NCBI GenBank assembly: GCA_002269645.1
Contig: NIVC01000240.1
Location: 310,001-374,000 of the forward strand
Origin: Macrostomum lignano
Lineage: Eukaryota
Length of the DNA: 64,000 nucleotides
Direction of reading: 5' to 3'
Shown here: piece after piece, positions 11,601-22,098 of the stretch
Numbering within the stretch: the stretch's first letter is position 1
Layout: every line of letters begins with the position of its first letter
Program-made: the position numbers and the translations under genes
The notes under the pieces: generated by a model
What the model saw: only the letters and a program-made list of their open reading frames with translations
Told to the model about the DNA's origin: nothing
Database searches by the model: none

Positions 11601-14136
11601 AAGATAACTGTTAGATTTAACCTTCTCCTTAATTCACTTCACACTTTAGATTGAATTGGAGTCTTAGACTACTAGCAGTATTATTGAATGATTCCTGCCT
11701 CAGCAACAGCACTACTGAACAAAATGAGCAAAAGTGTGCGCCTAATTCAGCTACTGCAACAGGGGACAGAAAAGGGATCACCCAATCAAGCAAGTCTAGG
11801 TAGCCTCTCACCCAACCAATCAGAAACTCAACAGCCGGAGACCAGGTATTCCACAGTGACCGAATCGGCTCGATGCTCTGCAGCTGTAGACTCGGGATGA
11901 TGCTGTCACAATCTTCGCTGTTAGCTAGCAGGTGATGCTCTTAACTGGATGTTCGCTGCTGTCGACCGGGGGACTCGTCCTTGATGATGATGGGGGAAGT
12001 TGCAATCCGGGGATCAAGAAACGACGGTCGTGCTCCGGGAACCAGAAGTTGCGCGCTGGGCCCGAGCCAAAGTAAGAAGAAGTTGCGTCCGAGCGGGCCA
12101 AAAACTCCGGTTTAAATAGCCGCCAACTGGACCGCAGTTTGTTATAACGGAACACGTCGATTCTGATTGGCTGAGCCGTTTTGTTAAAATGAGCGCCGAA
12201 TTTTCTGATTGGCTAAGCTCGTTGCTACCCAGAATCACGTGACCGAGAGATCCTATCAGTTCCCACAGGGTCGTAAAAAGATGACAGGTGCGGCCATAAA
12301 TCACTCAAAATCGCAACAAAATGATTTATGACTTTTCGCGTAGGATTGACAGAAATTAATGAAAAAATATACATTAGAAAGCTCTTATTAAATAGAAAGT
12401 GAAGATAATGAAGAGAAATCGCTAATCGCTAATCCCAAGGTACTTTTAGGGGTAAAACGCATAGCTGTCAAAGCTGTCACACGCTTGAGTGAATCCGAAC
12501 AATAGGCTCTGACCTCATAAATCTTGATGGCCTGTCAAAATGATGAGAAAAAAGCTACCGCCCGCATCCTCTCAGACCATCTGGCGCCCGTCTCAACACT
12601 GAGTGAGGCGCAGGTGGCTGTCAGACCAACTTCGGAAGCGATGATTTACGACCCAAAAAGCTACGCCTATGTTATTATGACTACTAGTATGGCCAGACAT
12701 TATATCTAGTATAGATTCTATGAAAATTCGCAGAAAAAGGATAAAAATGCCCACTGCTCACTGTTAGTAGGCAAGTAAGTTTAGAGCCCATGTGCTAGCG
12801 CGGGATTTGGGAAAAAGTGCGTCCTCATCAATAGCTTGCCAAGAGGTGGACACCAAGAATATTTTTTACTGATCGTAATGCATACATTAGCGCGCGAATT
12901 TGAATTCCCAGAACTTTACGCCACGCGCTCAATCGATCTCGCTTTATTATGTATTTATGCTATGCAGTATAGTGCCCATTTAGCATGTTTAGTAGAATTT
13001 GGCGACTTGTTATTAAACAAAGACTGCAATATGAGTAATCCTATTACATTATATAAGACAATGAACATAACAACAAAATTAGGCCTATATATTATATCAC
13101 AATATTATGTTGTTATGCTAATAGAAACTAGAAATATTATGCTTGGCTTGAAATATCTGATGTATCCTAGGCCTATTATCCTATAAATAATCTTTCAAGT
13201 CTAGTTTGGCCCTAGGCCTATTTAATATTAGGCCCTAATAGCAAAAGTAAATCATTGCCATTATAATATAAATAAAGGTCTAATTTTCACTCTAGTAGGC
13301 CTAGTTTGAGATTTTGATTACCTATCTATGACTATACTAAGCCTACAAAGTACTTTCCTTAGTAAGATAGATCTAGCATAGGCTGCATAGAGGTTACACT
13401 AAATTTGTCAACATCTAATTTGTCAGCAGACCTAAAATTTAAGAAATTGAAGAAAATTGAATTTGTTAACAGTTAAAACAAGCACAGTGAATTTGTCAAC
13501 AACAAGACAGATTTACTAAAAAGTTTATTCCTTAAAATGCATTAAGCGTAAATTTCTATAATTCAATGTGCAAAATATTGCCTAAGACTTCAGTCTTCAA
13601 CAAGACTTCATGAGTGCACATTCTAAATGCTATTATGCATAGGGGCCTACACAACTCAATCTAACAAATTGAGCAATCAATGCTATATACATAATACTAC
13701 ATTCTACTTAGTTGAGTATCCAGATGTAAGTATATCAAGAGCTAGTCTATTAGGTGTTTGTGTGAATGCGTATGCTTTATTGCACTTTATTACATCTTTA
13801 GAGTGAAGTAGGTCACTTTAATTCATTTTTTATTCTAAGTTTGTTTATCTCCTTAACCATTAACAAAGGTTTTGTTTGAGTATGACTTCAGATTTCAATG
13901 TGTGCAAAAATAGTTCTGAGGATTTATTGCAATTCAGTGGATTTAAAAATCCCCAGGTTTTAATAGGTTGTAAAAAATAATATATATCAGGGCAGAGCAA
14001 AATAATTGTCAGGGCAGTAGTAAAATTGAAAATTCTAATAAACAGTTGAATAAATATACTTGTGATAAGTTGAATACACAATATAAATTATTGTACATAG
14101 TTTTCAATCGGACAAGTTATCATGGCACAGTAGCGT

Positions 14137-14713
14137 CAGTGGTGTGATTCAGGCACGAATTCGCGCCAGGCGCGAAAATGGCGCGAATGCGCGAATCCTG
14201 GGGGTCTGGCGCGAAATTTTGTGGAACCATGGGCGCGAAAATTGCATTCTTATTTTCTGCTTTTTACACTTATTCTCTTGTCAGACAGCATGAAATACAA
14301 GAATGTCATAGCTTAGGAGATTAATCTCGAGAATTTCGAGATTCGTGGAGAATTTCGTGGTCGCAAAGAAGCAAAGTGACAATGAAGATGTGGCTGCTAC
14401 GTCTGCAAGGGTGGCAGAGATCAGATGTGTGTGTTGTCAGGATTGCACTGAAGAATCGCAGCTTCGAGTCAGAAGAGGACCTTGCCGAGGATCTGATGGC
14501 CATTTGCCCAGATTCAAAGATTCCACCCAACATCGCCAATAAGAAGTTCAGGCGGGACACGGCTGGGACTTGAGAGACATGCTAATTGGTAGCCAGACGC
14601 ATCCTCAAAAGTGTCATCAATTGACTTATTTGGCTGTCAGTAGAATATCATTGGCATGGCGCGAAAATTTTCAGTCGGCGCGAAATTTGGCAAACTTTCC
14701 AATCACACCACTG
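14137..14713. mobile_element. Non-autonomous hAT-type DNA transposon (577 bp)
   Basis: Perfect 13-bp TIR CAGTGGTGTGATT (14137-14149 / 14701-14713) and perfect 8-bp TSD AGTAGCGT (14129-14136, 14714-14721); subterminal GGCGCGAA repeats. Confidence 0.92.
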
Positions 14714-14965
14714 AGTAGCGTACACTCTAAGCTAAAACACGCTGAGTTGGTGGCTGGCACCCCCCCATAGCTAGCTGGCAATTAAGGCTCGGGTTCTGAT
14801 CTTTGATCAGTATCACAGGTATATTTATTCAACTGTTTATTAGAATTTTCAATTTCACTATTGCCTTGACGATGACCTACAAGGGTCGAAATGCATTGGC
14901 AATTGAATTAAAGTAAATAAAAACAACAAGTTAATGTTTGTTCTCTCATTCATTTTTTGTTTTAG

Positions 14966-15380
14966 AAGAAAGTTAAAAAGAAAAATGACAAACTTTATAA
15001 AGACTTATTTTCATACATGCACAACAGTTGGCCAAGTCAGCCGATCTGGCCAACTGATTTAGCGGCCAACCAATGTAAGTTGCAAAAATGCCCACCCAAA
15101 TAAATACTTAATAGTACTAAGTAGATGACAAGGCATTTTGCCTTAATAAGACAGTCATAGTTACTCCTGCTTTTTAAGAAAGTTAAAAAGAAAAATGACA
15201 AACTTTATAAAGACTTATTTTCATACATGCGCAACAGTCGGCCAAGTCAGCAGATCTGGCCAACTGATTTAGTGGCCAACCAATGTAAGTCTCAAAAATG
15301 CCCACCCGAATAAATACTTGGTAGTACTAAGTAGATAACGAGGCATTTTGCCTTAATAAGACAGTTATAGTTACTCCTGC
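14966..15380. repeat. Tandem direct duplication, 210-bp period, two diverged copies
   Basis: AAGAAAGTTAAAAAGAAAAATGAC starts at 14966 and at 15176; each copy ends in GTTACTCCTGC. Confidence 0.9.
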
Positions 15381-15518
15381 CGTTTACCCAAAGTTGCGTT
15401 AATTTTGCTTTAGGTTTTTTTTTACATTTAAGTTGAATTTTTTGGCCAAAAACTACGTCACATTTTTGTTAAAACTAAGTCGCATGGCCGACCGAATTTT
15501 GGAGGTTGCACATGTATG
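15222..15518. mobile_element. hAT-type MITE, CATACATGCGCAAC family
   Basis: TIR CATACATGCGCAAC / GTTGCACATGTATG (1 mismatch); 8-bp TSD CTTATTTT at 15214-15221 and 15519-15526. Confidence 0.88.
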
Positions 15519-15989
15519 CTTATTTTATTGTGATATGTTTTTGTTTTGTCACAGTTTAATTTAGTTGTTTTATTAGATGCCCTTCCATTACAGCAGGATT
15601 TCAAAGTACAATTTTAGGAACTGGAAATCTGAAAAACCACGCCATCATCATCCCTAATCTATCATTGCATATCGATAGATTGCCTGTACATAACATAGCT
15701 ACAAGCTAAGTCATGAGTTTTTAAATTTTCTAACTGCAAATAATTTGTAGCAATGAACAATTTATTAAAAGTTTCAATCACTGAAGTGGTATATTTGCAC
15801 TACGTGGTATATATGTAGCTTATCTTTTTGCTGAACTGGTCACTTTCTTTTGCCAAAATGTATATCTATTTAAACTAAAGATTCACTTCACCAAAGCATC
15901 TTTTGCCAAAAATTCCTTTGCCAAAAAGGGCTGCACCTGCATAGGCAATGACTTTAACTAGCTGACCATATTGTCTAGTCAAAGGCTGC

Positions 15990-16190
15990 TGCTCAAGCTG
16001 CAGGGACTATTGGTAACGCTAAGGCAAATGTCTTCTATTCTCAACCCCTCTTCCTTTTCCTTTTTTTCCTCTTTTTTTGTCCCTTTTCTATTCTCTCTCC
16101 CCTCTTTATTCCCCTCTTCTTTCTCTTCTCTCCCCTCTTCTTTTCTTTTTTAACTACTTTCTCTTTTTATTCTCTCTTTTTTCTCCTTTC
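15990..16190. repeat. CT-rich low-complexity tract
   Basis: Pyrimidine-only stretch; source of the S/F/L-rich ORF 15971..16153. Confidence 0.7.
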
Positions 16191-16249
16191 TGAAGCTACT
16201 AGTCTAGATTGGCCATTGCCTACCTATTCTTTATGGCTAAAGTGCAAGC

Positions 16250-18460
16250 ACTTTGCACTTGCTTAGAACCTAAGCATCCAGAAGAGTTGCGTGATGGCCA
16301 ATGCTTTTGGGCTCTGGTTTATAGCCTTCATCCACAATTTGATCATTAGAAGCAAGTCCAAAGTGAAGTTTGATAGTTGTTTATACTGTTTATGAGATTT
16401 AAAGTCACCTAATTGAGGACCCTCTTGCCATTAACATTTCTATATTGAATGCAACATGCTATACATCCTAAACCTAGTTATAAGAGCAGGGGTAGTTATC
16501 AGGAAATAGACTTGACCAAAATTTTTCTAGCTGCTTCTTAGCCTTGAGCTTGACTAGGCACATAATTTGAACATTGGATATTTCAAGGTGCAGATCCTCA
16601 ATCCAATCCATTGAAATAACAGTCAATAGTTTATTTGCAATGCATAACACTGTGTCATTGAAATTGAATTGGTTGGACAGTAGATACTGTGGATCAACAT
16701 ACTTGAGACCCTAAAGCAAATTGTTGCAGTGGCAATTAGCTAAAAAATTGAGTGGCCAATTTGATATAGAATCTTTGATCACTTTCAAAGAATGCCAATT
16801 GATTCTTTGGAAACAAAGTTTATACCAGTTTCTGCATCAAAGTGCTAATAATAAGCTCATCATTTGGCAATTGACTTATGATTGACAATATCACCTTGAA
16901 CAAAACATCAATTTTTGACCCAAGAATATGAACTTGAGTTGCTTCACTCTGAAAGAGCTTTTCAAAAGTCTCACAACATGATGGAGCTTGTTCTAAAAAC
17001 AAAAGGCTAGTGTGTTCACTTGTAGTTAGAGATTGACCGTGATCATGGTCACAATCACAAAACTGTAATTACAAAAAAATCACACAGTTTTTTGCCAATC
17101 ACAATTTGTGAGTTTCCTAAATTAAACCTTATTTAAAGCATTTAAAGCACAACCAGAGCAAACCAGTTGCAACAAATCAGTGTAGATGTAACAAAGCCAT
17201 ATAATAAAATATGTTCAAACAGTAAACATGATAAAACAAAGCTTTAAAATCAATAAAATTATTAGACTTTGTAGTATTAATATTAATAATCCTGTGTTTA
17301 AATTAAAATGTATGTTATAAAAAATTCATTGTCACAAATTGAATTGCAAATTGAATCAAATTGCATTGGTTTTACACATAGTGTAGTTCTAATCACATAC
17401 AAAAAAATCAGTTGACCCCTACTTGTGGTTATATGCTGCTGTATATACCAAGCTTTTGGACTAGTCAAGTTGTTCAAATTGTTGAAAAGGGTTAAAAGTA
17501 CCTCCTATTGCTCTAGAATGCAACTGATCATTAGGAGGACTTGAAGCCACCAAGTTTCAAAATGGCAAAATAATGCCTTCTTCTTGGCTTTCATGTCTTC
17601 CTAAAGCTGAAATTTAATGCAGGGTTAGTTAGATATGGGTCATACAATGTTTATAGTTATTAGTATTAAGTGCAATTAATATGCAATTACCTTATTGAGC
17701 AAAATGCACCTCGATTCATTGCAAAAAGTTATAGACATTGTCAAGCAGCTTTTCAGTCTTGCTGGCGCTGTCAAAGGCATTGATAGTGTACTGCACACTG
17801 TTGTGTATATAGTGCAGGCTGTAGCCACCAACATCCACAAGATTTAGCATGCTTTCTCTGAGCTTCACAATTAGGCCATTATTATTGCCTAAAAATGTAG
17901 TGCATGTACATATACAAATACATGCAGTTATGAATGTGGATCTAGAATTTATATTCATGAGTCCTTGATTTGCCTTACCTCGCATTGTATTGCATGAGTC
18001 TGTCATTAGAGAAATGATGCCTTCAAATGGCAATTTAGAGCAATGGAGCATTGTCTATACAACAGACTTCATGCCTTCAGCAGTAGTGTCCATCAACTCC
18101 TCAACTCCAAGAAAGAGCAACTGCACTTTCTCCAATGATGAGTTGAATGACCAAGCTAGCACAACAAACCATGATTAGTTACACTTTGTCCCTTCATCTA
18201 GCAGGATTGAGAATGGTGCATTTTGAATAGCTGCTAGTATTTCTTGCTTCATGTAGGGAGCAATGGCTTCATTGATGATATAAGTGGTCTTAGTTCTAGC
18301 ACAGGAAAACAATTTAGCAACTTTGCTGTCACAAAGGCAACTGGGATGAGATTGGACACCTCATCCATGACATAGAAGGCTTAGTCCTTTTTCACCACTA
18401 GTGCAGAGAAATGTATGCTTGCTTCCACTGATTTGGCGCTGACTTTATTGCAGCTTCTCA
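16250..18460 (-). pseudogene. Degenerate intron-containing hAT-family transposase
   Basis: Minus-strand fragments: DSKVAKLFSCARTKT...PFSILLDEGT (first catalytic D), ISLMTDSCNTMRG|NNNGL (second D), GGYSLHYIHN (decayed CxxH), HFETWWLQ (TRW-like) and FEKLFQSE. Several stop codons and frameshifts. Ends are approximate and TIRs were not found. Confidence 0.82.
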
Positions 18461-19094
18461 GACTGTTGAAGAGTTTAAGTATTGAGTGGTGATCAGTCAC
18501 TCAAAAACTCCCACTTCTAGACACTGGGGAACAAGTGCCTAGGTATATACAAGTCGGATAACTTACTGCGGCGGGTCCTCTAGTGGTTTGTAGACGTCTG
18601 GTTCTTGTAGTGGGCAGCGCTATCTGACTTGGCTGAGCTGGGTGGCGGCCGGTTCCAGTGAACAACTGTTGTTTCTTGGAGTCCTTAACTTTATCTGTGG
18701 GTCAACCAACACGAGAGCAAATCAGAATTCTTGACGGTCCTTGAGCTCGGAATAAACAATAGAACGTGCACGTGCACCCTTATGAACAAATTGAATTCTC
18801 TGTCTGTAATAGGTCCTCCTGAAGGGCGTCTTCTTTGTTATGTCAGAAACGTAACAGATAACTCAAATCAACTCAATAAATCCTCTAGGAATGTATCCTA
18901 GTAAACAAAGAGGCCTTTCTCAAATGTGTCAACGATAAGTGGCTCTCGTAAACTCAATTAATCAACTTATTAGTGCTAGTAACAAATAACCAAATCGGGT
19001 AAACGCTTACCAATCTATCCGGATTTCTTCTCTCAGAGATGAGTCTTCTTTGGTTAACATATTCCAAAGTCTTCCTTGAGACCGCTCCAAGTCT

Positions 19095-19505
19095 GAATTT
19101 TTGACTCAGATTTTCGCATATATTTATAGTAAAATTTGGGTGGAAAACTGGCTTAAAATCGGTTATTTACTTAGGTCACGTATGTTTGATTAGGAGGTCA
19201 TGAATGTTTGATCATTACCATAGATGGAATTAAGCAAATAAAATTCCCGAGAACCGGTTTCTTGATCAAATAAACGTTGGTCCTACGTAGTGCTCTGAGT
19301 CACTTCTGTTTTCACATGACTCATTCTAAAAATAGAATTTCTAAAAATAGATATGACTCATCATGACTCATTCTAAAATAGATTGCGAGTTTAAATTAAT
19401 TTTGTTGGAATATTACTTTAAGTAGTGCATTCTGATGTAATTTACAGTTCTCTACACTGTTCAGTGGACTTGGATTTGAAAAATCTAGTGAAATTTCTAA
19501 AATAG
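19095..19505 (-). promoter_or_regulatory. Candidate Pol II promoter/enhancer: TATA box plus clustered AP-1 and MEF2-like sites
   Basis: TATAAATA on - strand at about 19121-19128; TGA(C/G)TCA at 19102, 19296, 19317, 19354 and 19364; CTAAAAATAG at 19326 and 19341. Confidence 0.45.
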
Positions 19506-20155
19506 CACAGTGCGCTGAAATAGCGCACCAGCAGTCACACTTAGGTTTTAACTTAACTTAAGACTTAACTTAAGTCAAATAAAGAGCTCCCTTTGGATAG
19601 AGAATAGGGGGATCTACCCAACAATGTCCTCATTATAGCTAAAATGCTGTGCAAGATGATAACAAAACTAGTACACCAACTAGTGGAATAGTAACTATTG
19701 AAGTTTTGCTAAAGAGTAAAATATCAACAAATTGTAATATACAATATATAGGCTAGTCCATCCTACTCTTTATCCTTATCCCAAATCCTTACTACCCAAC
19801 AAGCAATTTTATAAAGAGAAAACTTTCTGTTTGCTTAGCAGAAAAACTGCTGAACTGTCAGCAATTAAAAAAAACGGGCACCTATTGTAATAATGAATGA
19901 CTATGCATTTAGATTCAATGAGAGGTTTTGTTAAAGGTGCTAAACATGACTATAAAGTATTAGATTGGTTTGGTACATGCATTGACTAACTGCATATTTT
20001 TGCTATTTTTTTTGCTAGTAAGCAAGCACGCAAGCAAGCACAAACCTTAAAGATTTAGTATATTAGATATAACAACTAATGTAATCAAATGGTCATTCCA
20101 TACTACTATAACCATTATGTAAAAAATCATCTTTGTCCTTCATGGTCCAAAATTG

Positions 20156-20426
20156 ATGATGTCTGACGATGCTGAACCTCCATTATTGACCATTCAAGTC
20201 ATTCGGCCAACCCTGCAGCTCGAACAGCAGCCGCGCCCAAACTGCAGCAATGCCGCCACTGCCGCTATCGACTGCGCCCTCTGTGGTAAAACATTTGCCA
20301 AGCGTAGCAGTCTTATTAAGCACATGAGCCGAACTCATCTCGGCAATGAGCGAGTCGACTGCAGCGTGTGTGGCCAGACACTTTCATCGCCTTCTGCGCT
20401 TGGCAGGCACATGCTGCTGCACACAG
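20156..20426 (+). CDS. C2H2 zinc-finger protein, exon 1 (fingers 1-2)
   Basis: CALCGKTFAKRSSLIKHMSRTH and CSVCGQTLSSPSALGRHMLLH; donor G|gtaagg at 20426/20427. The start codon is uncertain. Confidence 0.85.
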
Positions 20427-20557
20427 GTAAGGGCCTTTGACTTCATTGCTTTTTGGGTAATTGTTTTAGTAAATATGTCTTGTGGGCACCGGCCGAAGCC
20501 TTAACCGGATTAGAATGTGAGGGCCGCTGTACATCCTGTGTGAGCGTGCGTATGAGT

Positions 20558-20729
20558 CATACATGCGCAACCTTGGGAATCACTCGGCCGTTTCTATTGG
20601 CAACCCTCACATGTAAGTCGCTATTGGCTGAGAGCAGTCACGTGACTACTATTCCGTCCAATAGTGACTTACATGTGAGGGTTGCCAATAGAAACGGCCG
20701 GGTGAATCCCAAGGTTGCGCCCAAGCATG
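20558..20729. mobile_element. Foldback MITE of the CATACATGCGCAAC family in zinc-finger intron 1
   Basis: Starts with CATACATGCGCAAC; 8-bp TSD GTATGAGT (20550-20557, 20730-20737); 63-bp inverted arms at 20565-20627 / 20658-20720. Confidence 0.85.
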
Positions 20730-20864
20730 GTATGAGTGCGTGCCTGCGTATAGTACTGGCGCGCTTGTGTGTGCTCAGGAGTCAGCGGAATGGGCAGAAT
20801 TGCTTCAGGGCTGGTTGTGGGACCATGTCACTGAATTGGCGTTGCTCCAGAGTTATTCAACCAC

Positions 20865-21400
20865 CCACCCAATCACCCCAATCACCCTCCCCAATCATCC
20901 CCATCACCTTCCCGATCATCCCCATCACCCTCCCCAATCATCCCCATCACCCTCCCCAATCATCCCCATCACCCTCCCCAATCATCCCCATCACCCTCCC
21001 CAATCATCCCCATCACCCTCCCCAATCACCTAAGTCACCCCCATTACCCTCCGCAATCACCCCCATCACCCTCCCCAATCATCCCCATCACCCTCCCTAA
21101 TCACCCTCTCCAATCACCCCATCACCCTAATCACCCCATCACCCTCCCCAATCACCCAAATCACCCCATCACCCTCCCCAATCACCCAAATCACCCCATC
21201 ACCCTCTCCAATCACCCCATCACCCTCCCCAATCACCCCATCACCCTCCCCAATCACCCAAATCACCCCATCACCCTCTCCAATCACCGAATCACCCTCC
21301 CCAATCACCCCATCACCCTCCCCAATCACCCCATCACCCTTCCCAATCACCCCATCACCCTCCCCAATCACCCCAATCACCCTTCCCAGTCACCCTTCCC
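20865..21400. repeat. 21-22-bp C-rich intronic minisatellite (CCCCATCACCCTCCCCAATCA)
   Basis: Tandem copies in zinc-finger gene intron 1. Confidence 0.9.
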
Positions 21401-21445
21401 AGTGACCCATGCGAGACTCACGTGACCATTTGCCGCACGCGTCAG

Positions 21446-21764
21446 GCTCTGCGCCATTCCGTTGCTCGTTCTGCGATTCGGCGTTCCGCAAGAAGGTCGG
21501 CCTTCAGCGCCACCTGGACAGTTGCCATGGCAATAGACAGCTCGCCAGCCTGCCGCGCAGTCACACGTGCGCCGACTGCGGCGCCGGCTTTCTGAGCTCC
21601 AGCGCGCTGTCTGTCCATCGGCGCGGCCGGCACGCCGAGCCAAAATTTGCCTGCGACGCCTGCCCGGGGCAGAGCTTCGCCAGGGCCGAAGACCTCCGGC
21701 GCCATCAGCTGGCGCGCCACGCGCCCAGACATGAGCGCCCGTTTGCGTGTCCCGTCTGTTCCAA
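21446..21764 (+). CDS. C2H2 zinc-finger protein, exon 2 (fingers 3-5 and start of 6)
   Basis: Acceptor gtcag|GC at 21445/21446 (phase 1); CSFC..HLDSCH, CADC..HRRGRH, CDAC..HQLARH, CPVCSK; donor AA|gtgagt at 21764/21765. Confidence 0.88.
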
Positions 21765-21842
21765 GTGAGTCGCGGTCGCGGAGGGCTTAGATCGTATTTT
21801 CGCTTAGATCTAAATTAATTGCATAAACGTTTTTCTCCGAAG

Positions 21843-22098
21843 ACGTTTCTGCCGTCGCGAGCAGCGCTCGGCTCACATGGCTGTGCATTCGGCAGCTCTG
21901 CGCCATTCGTGCAACCTGTGCCCGGCCGCGCTGATCTCCGGCTCCAATCTGCGCGTCCACCTCGCCAGGGTGCATGGCGTTGTTGCAGCGACTGTGGCCA
22001 CGGCTGCTACGGCTTCAACAGAGGCTGACGGTCGCAGCAGCTCGGATTCGGCCTGCTTGTTGGATAGCCTTGTTGCGGCTCCGGATCTGTTTACCTGA
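21843..22098 (+). CDS. C2H2 zinc-finger protein, exon 3 (end of finger 6, finger 7, stop)
   Basis: Acceptor ccgaag|A (phase 2) restores [21 protein letters not shown], followed by CNLC..HLARVH; TGA ends at 22098. Confidence 0.87.

Noticed and set aside
10850-12000. Possible solo LTR or retroelement remnant
   Set aside because: No matching TG...CA ends with a TSD and no partner LTR could be identified.
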